A DNA stretch of 64,000 nucleotides from the NCBI GenBank assembly GCA_963665115.1, contig OY762007.1, positions 3,296,001-3,360,000 on the forward strand, in the 5' to 3' direction. Source of the DNA: an uncultured Rivularia sp. (GTDB taxonomy: Bacteria > Cyanobacteriota > Cyanobacteriia > Cyanobacteriales > Nostocaceae). The translations under genes and the position numbers were made by a program. This document shows positions 51,665 through 62,492 of this stretch, in pieces. The stretch's first letter is position 1; every line of letters starts with the position of its first letter. The notes beneath the pieces are model-generated. The model searched no databases and was not told where the DNA came from. It worked only from the letters and a program-made list of their open reading frames with translations.

Positions 51665-52928
51665 CTAATTCCCCTTCGCTGGTGGTAAAGGTGCAGGTCT
51701 AACTGTTAAGTCTACCGTTCTCCCGTTGCGTTTTACCTGTATATCTAATGGCTGACCAATTTGACTTTCTTCTACTAACTTTTGTACGTCTTCGTTACGT
51801 TTGACGGACTGCTTGTTAATGCTGATAATAACATCTCCTGCTTTTAATCCACCTTGAGATGCTGGAGAACCGCTCATAATACGTATTAATAAAACGCCTT
51901 TATCTGCTGAAATGCTGGGAGTTCCGATTTCGCTGTTCAGTTTTTCTTTAACCTCTGGTGTCAGCGTCACCATCTGAATTCCTAAATAGGGATGATCTAC
52001 TCTACCTTTAGCTATTAATTCTTGGGAAATTCTCTTAACTGTGTTTACAGGAATGGCAAATCCTAAACCTTGAGCGCCTCGAATAATAGCGGTATTCATA
52101 CCTATAACTCGTCCTCGGGCGCTTAATAAAGGTCCACCAGAATTTCCGGGGTTGATTGCAGCATCAGTTTGAATATAATCAACTCGCTTATCGGAAGCAC
52201 CAATATCGCTGCTAGAACGCCCTGTAGCACTAATTATTCCAGAAGTGACGGTGTAGTTTAAACCTAATGGGTTGCCAATGGCAATTACTGCTTCTCCTGG
52301 CTGTAGTTTTTCGGAGTCTCCTAATGGAACGGTAGGTAGTTTATCCGCATCAATTTTGATTACGGCAACATCTGTTACGGGATCTTCACCTAATACTTGA
52401 CCGTCAAATTTACGACCATCTTTTAATTCAACGGTTACTCGATCGGCACCATCTACTACGTGAGCATTGGTCAATATTTCACCTTTGGAACTGATAATAA
52501 AACCAGAACCGTTTCCTCGTTGCTGTCTTTCTCTAGATTGTGGTGGGGTTCCACTTCCAAAAAATCTCCGAAAAAATGGGTCGTTAAATTCGTCTGGAAC
52601 GCGGGAAGTTACTGTCTTGGAAGTATCAATACGAACTACGGCAGGTCCTACTTCCTGAACTACAGAAACCACAAAGTTAGGATCTCTTGACTCTCTGAAG
52701 ATTGGCGGCGGAGCTATTTTGGCAACATCATCATTTTTTTGCTGAGCTTGGGGCCGTCCGCTCTGGTGTTTTGCGACTCATAATATTGTCCGGCAAAGAA
52801 CAACCGCTAACAACAGCTGTGCTTAAGGTAACAATAAAAGTTAAGATAAAGTTTTTTGTCCAAAATTGTTGAATCTGCTTTTTGATATAAATATTACTCG
52901 ATCGCGGTTCATGCTCTTTTCTTTTCAT
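51665..52928 (-). CDS. HtrA/DegP (HhoA/HhoB-type) serine protease, lipoprotein, with a +1 frameshift at about 52731-52778
   Basis: The 52731..52928 part has the lipobox VSGC; the shifted frame continues ...[32 protein letters not shown] and a PDZ domain; span is 1264 nt = 421 codons + 1. Confidence 0.9.
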
Positions 52929-53112
52929 GTGATTTTATTTCTCCGTGTGATTGCGTGAATGGTAGGATATTGCCTACCAGATGAATCTAAAAATAATTAC
53001 AGTGTAAAACTTAGTTTCCGGTATAGATTGCCCGAGTTGCGATGTTTTCGGCAAGGCTAATTTTACAAATATCTTCTCCAAACGACGATTACCTCACAAT
53101 CGGTGGTTGATA

Positions 53113-54471
53113 ATGTCTGACAAGATAGAAAATTTATGGTGTCAAGTATTGGAACGCTTACAGTTAGAACTTTCGCGTCCCACTTTTGAAACTTGGATTA
53201 AAACAGCGATCGCCGAAAAACTAGAAAATAACTGTTTGGTAATTCGCACTCCCAATCCCTTTGCTCGCAATTGGTTACAAAAGTATTACATAAAAACAAT
53301 AGCGTCGGTAGTCCAAGATATTCTTGGTCATCCGGTAGGCATTTATTTTACAGTTACGAACGGCGATAATGTTGTTAACATCAACGACAATGAAGTAGGG
53401 ATTCAAACTCCCCAGATGGATATTCCGAAAAATATCGACATAAACGCACAGAAAAAATCGATTTTAAATCTAAAATATGTATTTTCCCGTTTTGTAGTTG
53501 GTGCAAACAATCGCTTGGCTCATGCTGCGTCTCTAGCAGTAGCGGAATCTCCCGGCAAGGAATTTAACCCTTTATTTTTATATGGCGGTGTGGGATTGGG
53601 GAAAACCCATCTAATGCAGGCTATAGGTAATTATCGCTTAGAAATTTTCCCTTCGGCAAAAATATTTTACGTTTCTACCGAACAGTTCACAAATGATGTA
53701 ATTAGCGCTATTCGTAATGACAGCAGACAAAGCCTTCGAGAACATTACAGGGCTGCTGATGTACTTTTAGTAGATGATATACAGTTTATTGAAGGCAAAG
53801 AATCTACTCAAGAAGAGTTTTTCCACACTTTCAACACTTTATATCAAGCAGGTAAACAAGTAGTTATCGCATCAGATCGCCCTCCGAATCAAATACCTCG
53901 CTTGCAAGAAAGGTTGTCTTCGCGCTTCTCAATGGGATTAATCGCCGATATCCAAGCACCAGATTTAGAAACCAGAATGGCTATTTTGCAAAAAAAAGCC
54001 GAATATGAAAATCTTAATTTACCTAAAGATGTCATAGAATACATTGCTTCTAACTACACTTCTAATATTAGAGAACTAGAGGGGGCATTAATTCGAGCGA
54101 TGGCGTATATTTCCATCTGGGGCTTACCCATGACTGTGGAAAATATCAGTTCAGTTTTAGAACCACAAGTTGAGAAGGTGGAAGCAACTCCAGTAGCGAT
54201 TTTAAGCATAGTTGCCGATACATTCAATCTTTCAATTGAAGACTTGAAAAGCAATTCGCGACGGCGAGAAATTAGCTGGGCAAGACAAATCGGAATGTAT
54301 TTGATGCGGCAATACACGGATTTAAGTTTGCCTAGAATCGGTGAAGAATTTGGTGGCAAAGATCACACTACGGTTATTTACAGTTGTGAAAAAATTACTC
54401 AACTCAAAGAAACCGATATTAACTTGGGACAAACCCTGCGTCAACTTAGCGATCGCATCGGCATGAGTTAA
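53113..54471 (+). CDS. dnaA: Chromosomal replication initiator DnaA
   Basis: [47 protein letters not shown]. Confidence 0.98.
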   Translation: MSDKIENLWCQVLERLQLELSRPTFETWIKTAIAEKLENNCLVIRTPNPFARNWLQKYYIKTIASVVQDILGHPVGIYFTVTNGDNVVNINDNEVGIQTPQMDIPKNIDINAQKKSILNLKYVFSRFVVGANNRLAHAASLAVAESPGKEFNPLFLYGGVGLGKTHLMQAIGNYRLEIFPSAKIFYVSTEQFTNDVISAIRNDSRQSLREHYRAADVLLVDDIQFIEGKESTQEEFFHTFNTLYQAGKQVVIASDRPPNQIPRLQERLSSRFSMGLIADIQAPDLETRMAILQKKAEYENLNLPKDVIEYIASNYTSNIRELEGALIRAMAYISIWGLPMTVENISSVLEPQVEKVEATPVAILSIVADTFNLSIEDLKSNSRRREISWARQIGMYLMRQYTDLSLPRIGEEFGGKDHTTVIYSCEKITQLKETDINLGQTLRQLSDRIGMS

Positions 54472-55216
54472 CGACAGCAGCCCTAAATAAAAATGAATCA
54501 GATCGAAAGGCAACTCAAAAAAAAGCATTTCAACAACCAGTTTGCCTAAAAAACTAAGTTTCTTAATTATCAATAATGGTTCAAAAGTAATATAGATGTT
54601 AAGTATTGTATAAAAACTAGTTAACAAGAAGCAATATTGTGGAAAAAATCCAATTAATTGTGGAAAACTTTTAGCAAACCTGTGGAAAAACCTGTAGATC
54701 TCAAATAACCTGTGGAAAAACTCGCTGTTTTTCCACAGGTTTTTCCACAATTAGTCGTTTATACAACCTTCTTTGAGAAAGGATATGGTCAGTTTTCCAC
54801 AATTTTTCCAAATATGGCGATAAAAACAGCGATAATGTTTTTATCGCGGCAAATGTACGATTTAGAACTTAACGCGGCGAATTTCAATAAATAGTCTTTT
54901 TTTTAATGCTGGAGGATAAAAATACGGCAAAATATAATTTAAAGCTTCTAATTCTTTAAAAAAATCAGTTCATTTTTCTAAATTAAAAATGTTTTTACAA
55001 TAAAATTTTAATTGCGATGTATTAAGCTTTGACGCAAAATAACCGATTTATAGCAGCGATAGAGGCGGCAAAAAAGAATATTCTGATTAAATGATTGTTT
55101 AACAATCCTGGCGGAAAGTCCCTAAATAAAGCTTGCGGAGCTTGAGGATGAAAGCTAGAGCAGTATCTTGTTGTTTGATATATTTTTTGAGAAGATCGAG
55201 AGCATCCCCATAAATT
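54472..55216. other. oriC: Replication origin oriC
   Basis: dnaA-dnaN intergenic region with TGTGGAAAA at 54638, 54659, 54681, 54711 and TTTTCCACA at 54729, 54741, 54793, a near match at 54804, and AT-rich flanks. Confidence 0.92.
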
Positions 55217-56389
55217 ATGAAACTAGTTTGCAGCCAAAGCGATTTAAACACTCATCTTTCACTTACTTTCCGTGCTGTTCCTTCGCGCCCAACTCATCCC
55301 ATACTTGCCAACGTGCTTCTACAAGCAGATGCTGCAAATAGTAAAGTGAGTTTAACCGCTTTTGATTTGAGCTTGGGAATTCGCACCAGTTTCAATGCCG
55401 AAGTTCTAGAAGGAGGAACAATAACTCTTCCTGCTAAGCTACTTAATGATATAGTTTCTCGTTTACCGGAAGGAGAAATTACCCTTGATGACGAATTAGC
55501 AGATAAAGAAGATCGTCCTGTAGGAGAAGGTTTAACCGTTACCCTTACCCCAAAAAGCGGACGCTACGAAGTGCGGGCAATGGGTGCAGAAGAATTTCCC
55601 GAGCTACCTGTAACAGAAAACGATAAAGCAATTCATCTTCCTGCGAGTGCATTAATTGAAGGCTTGGGTGGTTCTTTATTTGCCACCAGTGCAGATGAAA
55701 GCAAGCAAGTGCTGACGGGAGTACATTTAACAGTTAAACAAGATAGTTTGGAATTTGCGGCCACTGACGGACATCGTTTAGCAGTAGTAGAAACTATAAA
55801 TGAAAATCTAAATGATGATGAGGAACAGCCAGATAATGTGCAGGTAACGCTACCAAACAAAGCTTTACGAGAATTAGAAAGGATGTTAGCTCATAGTTCA
55901 AAAGAAGATGAGCCTGTAGCAATGTATTTCGATAGTGGGCAAGTCGTTTTTGAATGGCAAAATCAGCGCTTAACCAGCAGAACTTTAGAAGGGCAATATC
56001 CAGCTTACCGCCAGCTTATACCATCGAGCTTTGAACGAGAATTAATCTTAGATAGAAAACAATTGATCGGCGCTTTAGAAAGAATTGCAGTATTAGCCGA
56101 TCAAAAAAACAATATAGCCAAAGTTAGCATCGATAGCGAATCTCAAGAAATCACTTTGTCAGTAGAAACTCAAGAAATTGGTAGTGGAAGGGAATCCATG
56201 CCAGCACAAATAAAAGGAGATGATATTGATATCGCTTTCAACATTAAATACCTGATGGAAGGTTTAAAAGCATTACCATCAGCAGAAATTCAAATGCAGT
56301 TAAACAACAATTTAGCCCCCGTGATCTTTTCCCCCGTCGGAGGAATTAAAATGACTTATTTAGCAATGCCAGTACAGTTGAGAAGTTAG
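55217..56389 (+). CDS. dnaN: DNA polymerase III beta clamp
   Basis: PSRPTHPILAN, AATDGHRLA, EGQYPAYRQLIP, FNIKYL, YLAMPV. Confidence 0.98.
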   Translation: MKLVCSQSDLNTHLSLTFRAVPSRPTHPILANVLLQADAANSKVSLTAFDLSLGIRTSFNAEVLEGGTITLPAKLLNDIVSRLPEGEITLDDELADKEDRPVGEGLTVTLTPKSGRYEVRAMGAEEFPELPVTENDKAIHLPASALIEGLGGSLFATSADESKQVLTGVHLTVKQDSLEFAATDGHRLAVVETINENLNDDEEQPDNVQVTLPNKALRELERMLAHSSKEDEPVAMYFDSGQVVFEWQNQRLTSRTLEGQYPAYRQLIPSSFERELILDRKQLIGALERIAVLADQKNNIAKVSIDSESQEITLSVETQEIGSGRESMPAQIKGDDIDIAFNIKYLMEGLKALPSAEIQMQLNNNLAPVIFSPVGGIKMTYLAMPVQLRS

Positions 56390-56400
56390 GGGATAGTTGA

Positions 56401-56612
56401 GAGTAGCAAGTAGCAAGTAGCAAGTAGTAAGTAGCAAGTAGTAAGTAGCAAGTAGCAAGTAGCAAGTAGTAAGTAGCAAGTAGTAAGTAGTAAGTGACGA
56501 TTGAATGAAGAGAATTATTTTTGAAGTGATTTAAGCATCTCACCTCAAATCTACTTTTTAACTTGCTACTCGCTACTTTTTACTTGCTACTTGCTCCCCA
56601 TCTCCCTCTCTA
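56401..56612. repeat. Inverted heptamer arrays between convergent dnaN and the kinase gene
   Basis: (AGTAGCA/AGTAGTA)n at 56401-56496 and the complementary TTGCTAC/TCGCTAC units at 56562-56596. Confidence 0.85.
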
Positions 56613-56613
56613 C

Positions 56614-59600
56614 CTATTTGTGCTTAATTGGAATTTCAATCGACAACTCGGTACCTTTTCCGGGTAAAGATTTACAATTGAAAACGCCATCATGTTTCTC
56701 AACTATTATCTGATAGCTAATTGATAATCCTAAACCAGTACCTTTACCTACTGGTTTAGTTGTAAAAAATGGGTCAAACATTCTTTTCATAACTTCTTCA
56801 GTCATTCCTAACCCGTTGTCGGCGATACGGATCGCAACTCGATTGTTATCTTCGCTAATGTGAGTGCAAATTCTAATTTTAGGAGTTAGAGATTGATTCT
56901 TGTCGGTTTCTAATTCCCAAAAAGCGCTCTTAACTCCTTCTTCTAATGCATCAATTGCATTGCTCAAAACATTCATTAATACTTGATTTAACTGTCCTGC
57001 ATAACAACCTACTTCGGGTAAATTACCGTATTCTTTAATTACTTCAATAGCAGGACTATCTGATTTTGCTTTCAAACGGTATTGCAGAATTAATAGTGTA
57101 CTATCAATACCTTCGTGAATATTAACAATTTTTAAATCTGCTTCATCAAGTCGGGAAAAATTACGTAACGATAAAACAATTTCACGAATCCGTGAAGCTC
57201 CTATTTTTATGGAAGACAGCATCTTCGGTAAATCATCAACCAAAAATTCTAAATCAATTTCTTCTGCTCGCTCGCTGATTTCGCAATTATCTGAACTATA
57301 AGTTTGTTGATAAAGTTCTACAATACCCAGTAAATCTTCTGAATATTGATGAACATGATTGATATTGCCATAAATAAAGTTAACCGGGTTGTTAATTTCG
57401 TGTGCTATCCCCGCCACCAATTGTCCTAAAGAGGACATTTTTTCGCTTTGAATTAATTGGGTTTGAGCTTTTCTTAAATTATTAAGTGTTTGTGCTATTT
57501 GCTCGGTTTGCAATCTGCTTTGAGCGAGCAAATCAGCTTGTTCTAACGCTACCGAAAGCTGGATTGCTACCTGAGTTACAAATTGAATTTCTGAATTTTT
57601 CCAATTCCGGGATTCTGCACATTGATGAATGCATAATAAACCCCAAAGCTCATCACCTTTCATTACAGGTGTAATTATTTGTGCCTTAACTTGAAAAGGT
57701 TCTAATATTTGAATATGACACTCACTTAAACCACCGTTATAAATATCATCTACTGTATTTACTCGTCCTTGACGGTATTTGTGAGCATAATTTTCTCCAA
57801 AGCAGCGATCGTGAATTCTAGCTGCTAAAGCAGAAGGAAAACCAGGTAATACATCCTCTGCAATGAATTCACCATCATTAAATTCTGAATTGGGAATAAA
57901 GCGATATACACTTACTCTGTCAGCATTCAAAATACGACGAAGTTCTTTAGTTGTAATTTGAAAAATAGTATCCAAATCTAAAGATTCCCGCATCTTCGTA
58001 ACAAGTTCAAATAATAACCGTTGTTGCTTAGTTGCTTGTTCTAAACTATTTGCTTGCTGTTTTGTTTGAGCAAGTAATTCTGCTTGCTGGAGTGCTACAC
58101 CAAATTGAGTTGCAGTTTGACACAAGAATTTGACCTCTAATGCTTTCCAGTGACGTGGTGCAGAGTTTTGATAAGCAGCAAGTAAACCCCAAAGTTTTTC
58201 GCCCCTGAAAATTGGCGCGACAGCATATGCTTTTGCTTGAAATTGCTCTAAAAGTTCTATATGACAATCTGCATAACCTGCTTGATAAATATCATCTACT
58301 GCAATACTTTGATTAAAGCGACATCGCCCACCTTGAGTTTCTTGTAAATAAGAATCTTCCCAAACTTTGTTAAGATCCGAATCTACTAACTTCATCCAGC
58401 CTTCATTAACAAATTCCGCAATAAACTCACCATTCCAATCAGAATTAAAACGATATACCGCAACTCTATCGGCTTGCAACGATTGACATACTTGTTGAGT
58501 TGTAGTTTGAAAAATAACGTCTAAATCCAGAGATTCGCGAATTTTAGTAACTACTTCAAACAAGATTTTTCGTTGCTTGGCTGCTTGTTGCAATTCATCT
58601 GTACGCTGTTTTACTTTAGTTTCTAAATTATGATTGAAGCCTTGTAATTGTTGGTATAAGTCGTATTGATGAATAGCGGTGGCAAATTGTTTACCCAACT
58701 TTTCGGCTAATTCTATCTCTTTTTGACTCCAATCACGAGCTTGCGCGGTTTTAGATTCTCGCCATACTTCAAATGATTCTCGTGGATAATTTTGCCTTTC
58801 ATCTGAATCAAACTTTCCAGCCCAAAGGGTTTCTGTATCTATTTCTTCGCGAAAAATGCTTAAGTAACCGAGCAATTGCTGATGATATTCGAGGGGAATC
58901 ATCAAGATACTGCGAATTTTAGTTGCATCAAAAGCAGTTTTTAGATTTCGTAAGCCAGGAATTTGATGAATATCGGAAATTGCCCAAACACTATAATTAT
59001 CAGACTTATAATATTCTTGCCAAATACTATGCTGCTCCATTAAGGAATATTCTGCTAAATCCGGCATTACTGGTTGCTTACCGTCGGTATAGACTTTTAT
59101 TAATTCACCACCAGTTTCTAAGCACTCCGTATAACTTCGATCTGCTTGATTTCTAATACAAATTCTACCTCCGCAACCTTCAAAAGCAGCAACAGTTTTT
59201 TCTAAAGCGGATCGCAATGGGATATCTTTGATGGAATGTAGCAAGGTTGCAATACTACTAACTATTGCTTCTCGTTTAGCTTTTTCGCGGGCTTGAGTCA
59301 GAAGAATGTTTTGGGCAATGGCTAACGATAGTTGATCCACAACTATTTGCACTACTTTTAATTGTTGTTCCGAAACCGAGTACGATTCAGAATGGTGAGC
59401 TACTAATAACCCCCAAAGTTGCTCGTGGTGAAAAATCGGTGTAACTAAAGAAGACTTTACCCCCATTGCCGTAAGATATTCTATATGGCATGGGTCAACA
59501 CTGCGGTAAGAAATATCTTCTGAAACCATTTCTCCGGTTTCCGTCTCATATACCGGACTTTTACCAATTTCTCCCGCTTCTACATTAACAACGGAACGCA

Positions 59601-59901
59601 CCCGCGATTTAACAAACATTTCCCTAGCATGAGCGGGAATATCATCTGCGGGAAAGTTCAGTCCCAACAAAGACGGTAATCTAAGATTATTAATTGACTC
59701 AGCAACAACTTTACCGCTACGATCGGGATGAAACTGATAAATCATGACCCGATCCGTAGCAAGAAAAAATCTTACTTCTGTTACTATTCTTGTAAAGGTT
59801 TCTTTTAATTCAATTGAATGACGAATACAGTTTGTAATCCGGCATAACAAATCATCCTGCTCGATATTGTTCGGGAAATGTTTTTCCTGAGATAAAGTCA
59901 T
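56614..59901 (-). CDS. aphC: AphC-like multi-GAF bilin photoreceptor histidine kinase (knotless phytochrome + two CBCR GAFs + HisKA/HATPase)
   Basis: GAF1 FPADDIP..DPCH; PHY-like GAF2 WAG..PRESF; GAF3 [18 protein letters not shown]4 HDRCF..ECH; AHEINNP, DNGLG, FFTTK, GTGLGL. Confidence 0.85.
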   Translation of the reverse strand: MTLSQEKHFPNNIEQDDLLCRITNCIRHSIELKETFTRIVTEVRFFLATDRVMIYQFHPDRSGKVVAESINNLRLPSLLGLNFPADDIPAHAREMFVKSRVRSVVNVEAGEIGKSPVYETETGEMVSEDISYRSVDPCHIEYLTAMGVKSSLVTPIFHHEQLWGLLVAHHSESYSVSEQQLKVVQIVVDQLSLAIAQNILLTQAREKAKREAIVSSIATLLHSIKDIPLRSALEKTVAAFEGCGGRICIRNQADRSYTECLETGGELIKVYTDGKQPVMPDLAEYSLMEQHSIWQEYYKSDNYSVWAISDIHQIPGLRNLKTAFDATKIRSILMIPLEYHQQLLGYLSIFREEIDTETLWAGKFDSDERQNYPRESFEVWRESKTAQARDWSQKEIELAEKLGKQFATAIHQYDLYQQLQGFNHNLETKVKQRTDELQQAAKQRKILFEVVTKIRESLDLDVIFQTTTQQVCQSLQADRVAVYRFNSDWNGEFIAEFVNEGWMKLVDSDLNKVWEDSYLQETQGGRCRFNQSIAVDDIYQAGYADCHIELLEQFQAKAYAVAPIFRGEKLWGLLAAYQNSAPRHWKALEVKFLCQTATQFGVALQQAELLAQTKQQANSLEQATKQQRLLFELVTKMRESLDLDTIFQITTKELRRILNADRVSVYRFIPNSEFNDGEFIAEDVLPGFPSALAARIHDRCFGENYAHKYRQGRVNTVDDIYNGGLSECHIQILEPFQVKAQIITPVMKGDELWGLLCIHQCAESRNWKNSEIQFVTQVAIQLSVALEQADLLAQSRLQTEQIAQTLNNLRKAQTQLIQSEKMSSLGQLVAGIAHEINNPVNFIYGNINHVHQYSEDLLGIVELYQQTYSSDNCEISERAEEIDLEFLVDDLPKMLSSIKIGASRIREIVLSLRNFSRLDEADLKIVNIHEGIDSTLLILQYRLKAKSDSPAIEVIKEYGNLPEVGCYAGQLNQVLMNVLSNAIDALEEGVKSAFWELETDKNQSLTPKIRICTHISEDNNRVAIRIADNGLGMTEEVMKRMFDPFFTTKPVGKGTGLGLSISYQIIVEKHDGVFNCKSLPGKGTELSIEIPIKHK

Positions 59902-60127
59902 TTTTTATAAAAAGGAACAGCAATTTTTGGATTAATTCTAAAAATATTGTGAAATATTATTACTTAGAATGTCTTCAGTGAGAATACTGCCTTACTTCTT
60001 AAAAAAACTTCATTTTTAGATAAAAAAATAATTTTTTATCATCCAATTATTAGCATATTTAGAGAGAGATATATATAAAAAAATAAATAAATAAAGGTGG
60101 GATAATACCCACCCGAACAAATCCTAA

Positions 60128-61315
60128 TTAAGCCTTTACAACTTCAGAAAAACGAATTTTTAAGTAATCATCCTCCATCTTGGCTCCCGATGGTTGTAGT
60201 GCTGCTAAAGCTTGCGGAAGTACCAAATTACGGCGATGGTTGCCGATAGTAATATTTAATTCGTCGCCACTTTTACTTAGATTTACTTTGTCTTTGGGAA
60301 TGCCGGGTAAATATAATTCCAAGCTGTATTGATTTTGATCCTGAACAACTCTAATTGTATTTTCTTTATAATACACTTGAGTTGGATCTTCGTCTTTATA
60401 AAGTGTGTCTTTGAGTCTTTCTAAAGCTTCCAAACCACACATTTCTTCGGAATAAAGCGGAACTTCCTTCACGGGTAAAGGATGAAAATTATCGTGTAGT
60501 TCTTGACGGTATTGTTCTTGATTTTCTTTCCATCTTTTGAAAAATGGGTCCTGTACTTCTTGAGGAATAATTCGATTTGCGATTACTAAATCCGTAGCTA
60601 CGTTGTACAAACTTAAATAAGCATGGGCACGAAGGGATTCTTTAATCACCATCTTCTCTGGGTTTGCAATTAGACGAACCGAAGTTTGAGTATTGTCAGT
60701 TAAAACTTTTTCTAACGCTTCAATTTGCTCGTAAAACTCGAAAGGTGCATCCATCACCTCTCTATCCGGTAACGAAAAACCAGCAATAGGTCTAAAAATC
60801 GGCTCTACCAAAGGACGCAAGGCTACCGAAATATTTTGAAAAGGCTTGTAAAAACGGCGCATATACCAACCGCCAACTTCTGGCAAACTCAATAACCGCA
60901 AAGCCGTACCAGTAGGGGCAGAATCAATAATTAAAACATCATATTCGCCGTCATCATAATGACGTTTCATTCTTACCAAGCCGAAAATTTCATCCATTCC
61001 CGGTAAAATCGCCAATTCTTCAGCTTGGATTCCCTCCAATCCCCTAGCCTGCAAAACTTGAGTAATATAGCGCTTTACAGCACCCCAGTTTCCTTCAAGT
61101 TCCAACAGCGCATCCAATTCCGCGCCCCACAAATTTGGTCGAACTTCTTGCGCTTCGTGTCCGAGTTCCATATCAAAACTATCGGCCAGAGAATGGGCTG
61201 GATCTGTACTTAAAACCAGCGTGCGATAACCCAATTCAGCACAACGCAGTCCAGTAGCGGCAGCAACCGAAGTTTTACCCACACCGCCTTTACCTGTCAT
61301 TAAAATTACGCGCAT
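60128..61315 (-). CDS. Get3/ArsA-family ATPase with C-terminal HSP20-like domain
   Basis: [23 protein letters not shown]-terminal alpha-crystallin-like [16 protein letters not shown]. Confidence 0.92.
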   Translation of the reverse strand: MRVILMTGKGGVGKTSVAAATGLRCAELGYRTLVLSTDPAHSLADSFDMELGHEAQEVRPNLWGAELDALLELEGNWGAVKRYITQVLQARGLEGIQAEELAILPGMDEIFGLVRMKRHYDDGEYDVLIIDSAPTGTALRLLSLPEVGGWYMRRFYKPFQNISVALRPLVEPIFRPIAGFSLPDREVMDAPFEFYEQIEALEKVLTDNTQTSVRLIANPEKMVIKESLRAHAYLSLYNVATDLVIANRIIPQEVQDPFFKRWKENQEQYRQELHDNFHPLPVKEVPLYSEEMCGLEALERLKDTLYKDEDPTQVYYKENTIRVVQDQNQYSLELYLPGIPKDKVNLSKSGDELNITIGNHRRNLVLPQALAALQPSGAKMEDDYLKIRFSEVVKA

Positions 61316-61369
61316 GAATAATTTTTATTTCCTGAGAAGCTTTTACATTTATTTACATACATAAATACA

Positions 61370-61759
61370 TTATGTACTTTTTGAGAAGGAGAAATGCTGT
61401 TTGAGTACGTCCAATTTGGAACATTTCCAATAATCGATATGAGAAGTTATTAAACCATCAGAACTTACGCTCAAAGTACTCCATCCAGGGATAGAAATTC
61501 GCGGCTTCCAAGGTAGAGGTGTATTCCAATTAAGCGTCCATTCGGTTTTAATAGTATCGTCTTCCTTACGGATATCATGTACATCCATCTGCGGATTCAT
61601 GAAAAAAGTTTCAATAAACTTGATCATTAACTTATAGCGTCCAACCCCATTAAACTCATTCATGGGGTCTTTAAAATAAACATCTTCCGCATAAATACTA
61701 TAAGTTTGATTTGCAGGAAAACGTTGATAATCTTCCTTTAAAATTTCTAGAACATTCAT
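61370..61759 (-). CDS. DUF2358 (SnoaL/NTF2-like) protein
   Basis: IYAEDVYFKDP, W.L.W..PLPWKP, SHIDYW. Confidence 0.85.
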   Translation of the reverse strand: MNVLEILKEDYQRFPANQTYSIYAEDVYFKDPMNEFNGVGRYKLMIKFIETFFMNPQMDVHDIRKEDDTIKTEWTLNWNTPLPWKPRISIPGWSTLSVSSDGLITSHIDYWKCSKLDVLKQHFSFSKST

Positions 61760-61838
61760 AATCAGTTATCAATTATCAGTTACCAGTTACTGCTCTTTGA
61801 AAAGTACAGGAATTTATTCATTGTTCATTAATAATTGT

Positions 61839-62402
61839 TCACTGTTCGTTCCACAATCTTTCTAATTGTCCTCGCCAAGCGGTTAAAACTCGTTCTCGCG
61901 ATTCAGGGCTTTGATCCATTTCACCCATTAAACCTTCAGCATAAAAACGCTCAAGATTTTGCATTGTCTCTTCTAAAGATTTTCCTTGCTGCTTAGAAAC
62001 TTGAACAATTTCCTTAATCTTAGTTTCAGTTAAGCGGCTAAAAGCATCATTCACACCCACTTCGTATATAGAAATTAATCTGGCGATCGCATCGCGAAAA
62101 TCTTCCACAACCAAACTAGCGCTACTATGTTGAAATACTCCCCACAGAACATCTTGATGTAATGCGTAGCGTACTTGCTGAGTATCATCAAAATTGGCTT
62201 CAAAAAACTGCTGTAAAAACGGTTGTGCTTGCTGCGCTGGCATAATAGGCAACAAAACTCTCAACCAATTTTGGTCTTCGCTAAGTAGTGTTAGTAGTCG
62301 AAAAGTAGGTGTTTCAACTTGCCAAGAACCAGGTGCAAGGACTTTTACCGCAGATGTACCAAATAATTCCGCAAGAGTATCGGCAATTTCGTTATGTGTC
62401 AT
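61839..62402 (-). CDS. Hypothetical protein, type III chaperone (CesT/YbjN)-like fold candidate
   Basis: WLRVLLPI...EANFD.T..VRYAL..DVLWGVF pattern plus a helical C-terminal domain. Confidence 0.65.
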   Translation of the reverse strand: MTHNEIADTLAELFGTSAVKVLAPGSWQVETPTFRLLTLLSEDQNWLRVLLPIMPAQQAQPFLQQFFEANFDDTQQVRYALHQDVLWGVFQHSSASLVVEDFRDAIARLISIYEVGVNDAFSRLTETKIKEIVQVSKQQGKSLEETMQNLERFYAEGLMGEMDQSPESRERVLTAWRGQLERLWNEQ

Positions 62403-62492
62403 ATTAAGGCATTTGAGCTATTACTTCAGCCTAACGCTTGGGTGTATCAGACTTTATCTTCCCAAAGACTTATGCCGTGTATTGAAAATGGA

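Noticed and set aside
54455..54486. Premature stop truncating DnaA
   Set aside because: Domain IV is complete; read-through would add only about five residues to a variable tail.
54322..54894. ORFs 54322..54750 (-) and 54712..54894 (+)
   Set aside because: They run through the DnaA boxes (FPQ/FHR repeats are translated TTTTCCACA) or overlap dnaA.
55114..55122. RNase P RNA-like GGAAAGTCC
   Set aside because: No room for a roughly 400-nt GC-rich RNA and no 3' conserved AAC..GGCTTA region.
56346..56543. 65 aa ORF with YYLLLAT repeats
   Set aside because: Translation of the AGTAGCA array, antisense to the dnaN end.
60128..61315. Arsenic-resistance ArsA
   Set aside because: Single ATPase domain with HSP20-like tail and no arsRBCD context; fits the Get3-like clade.
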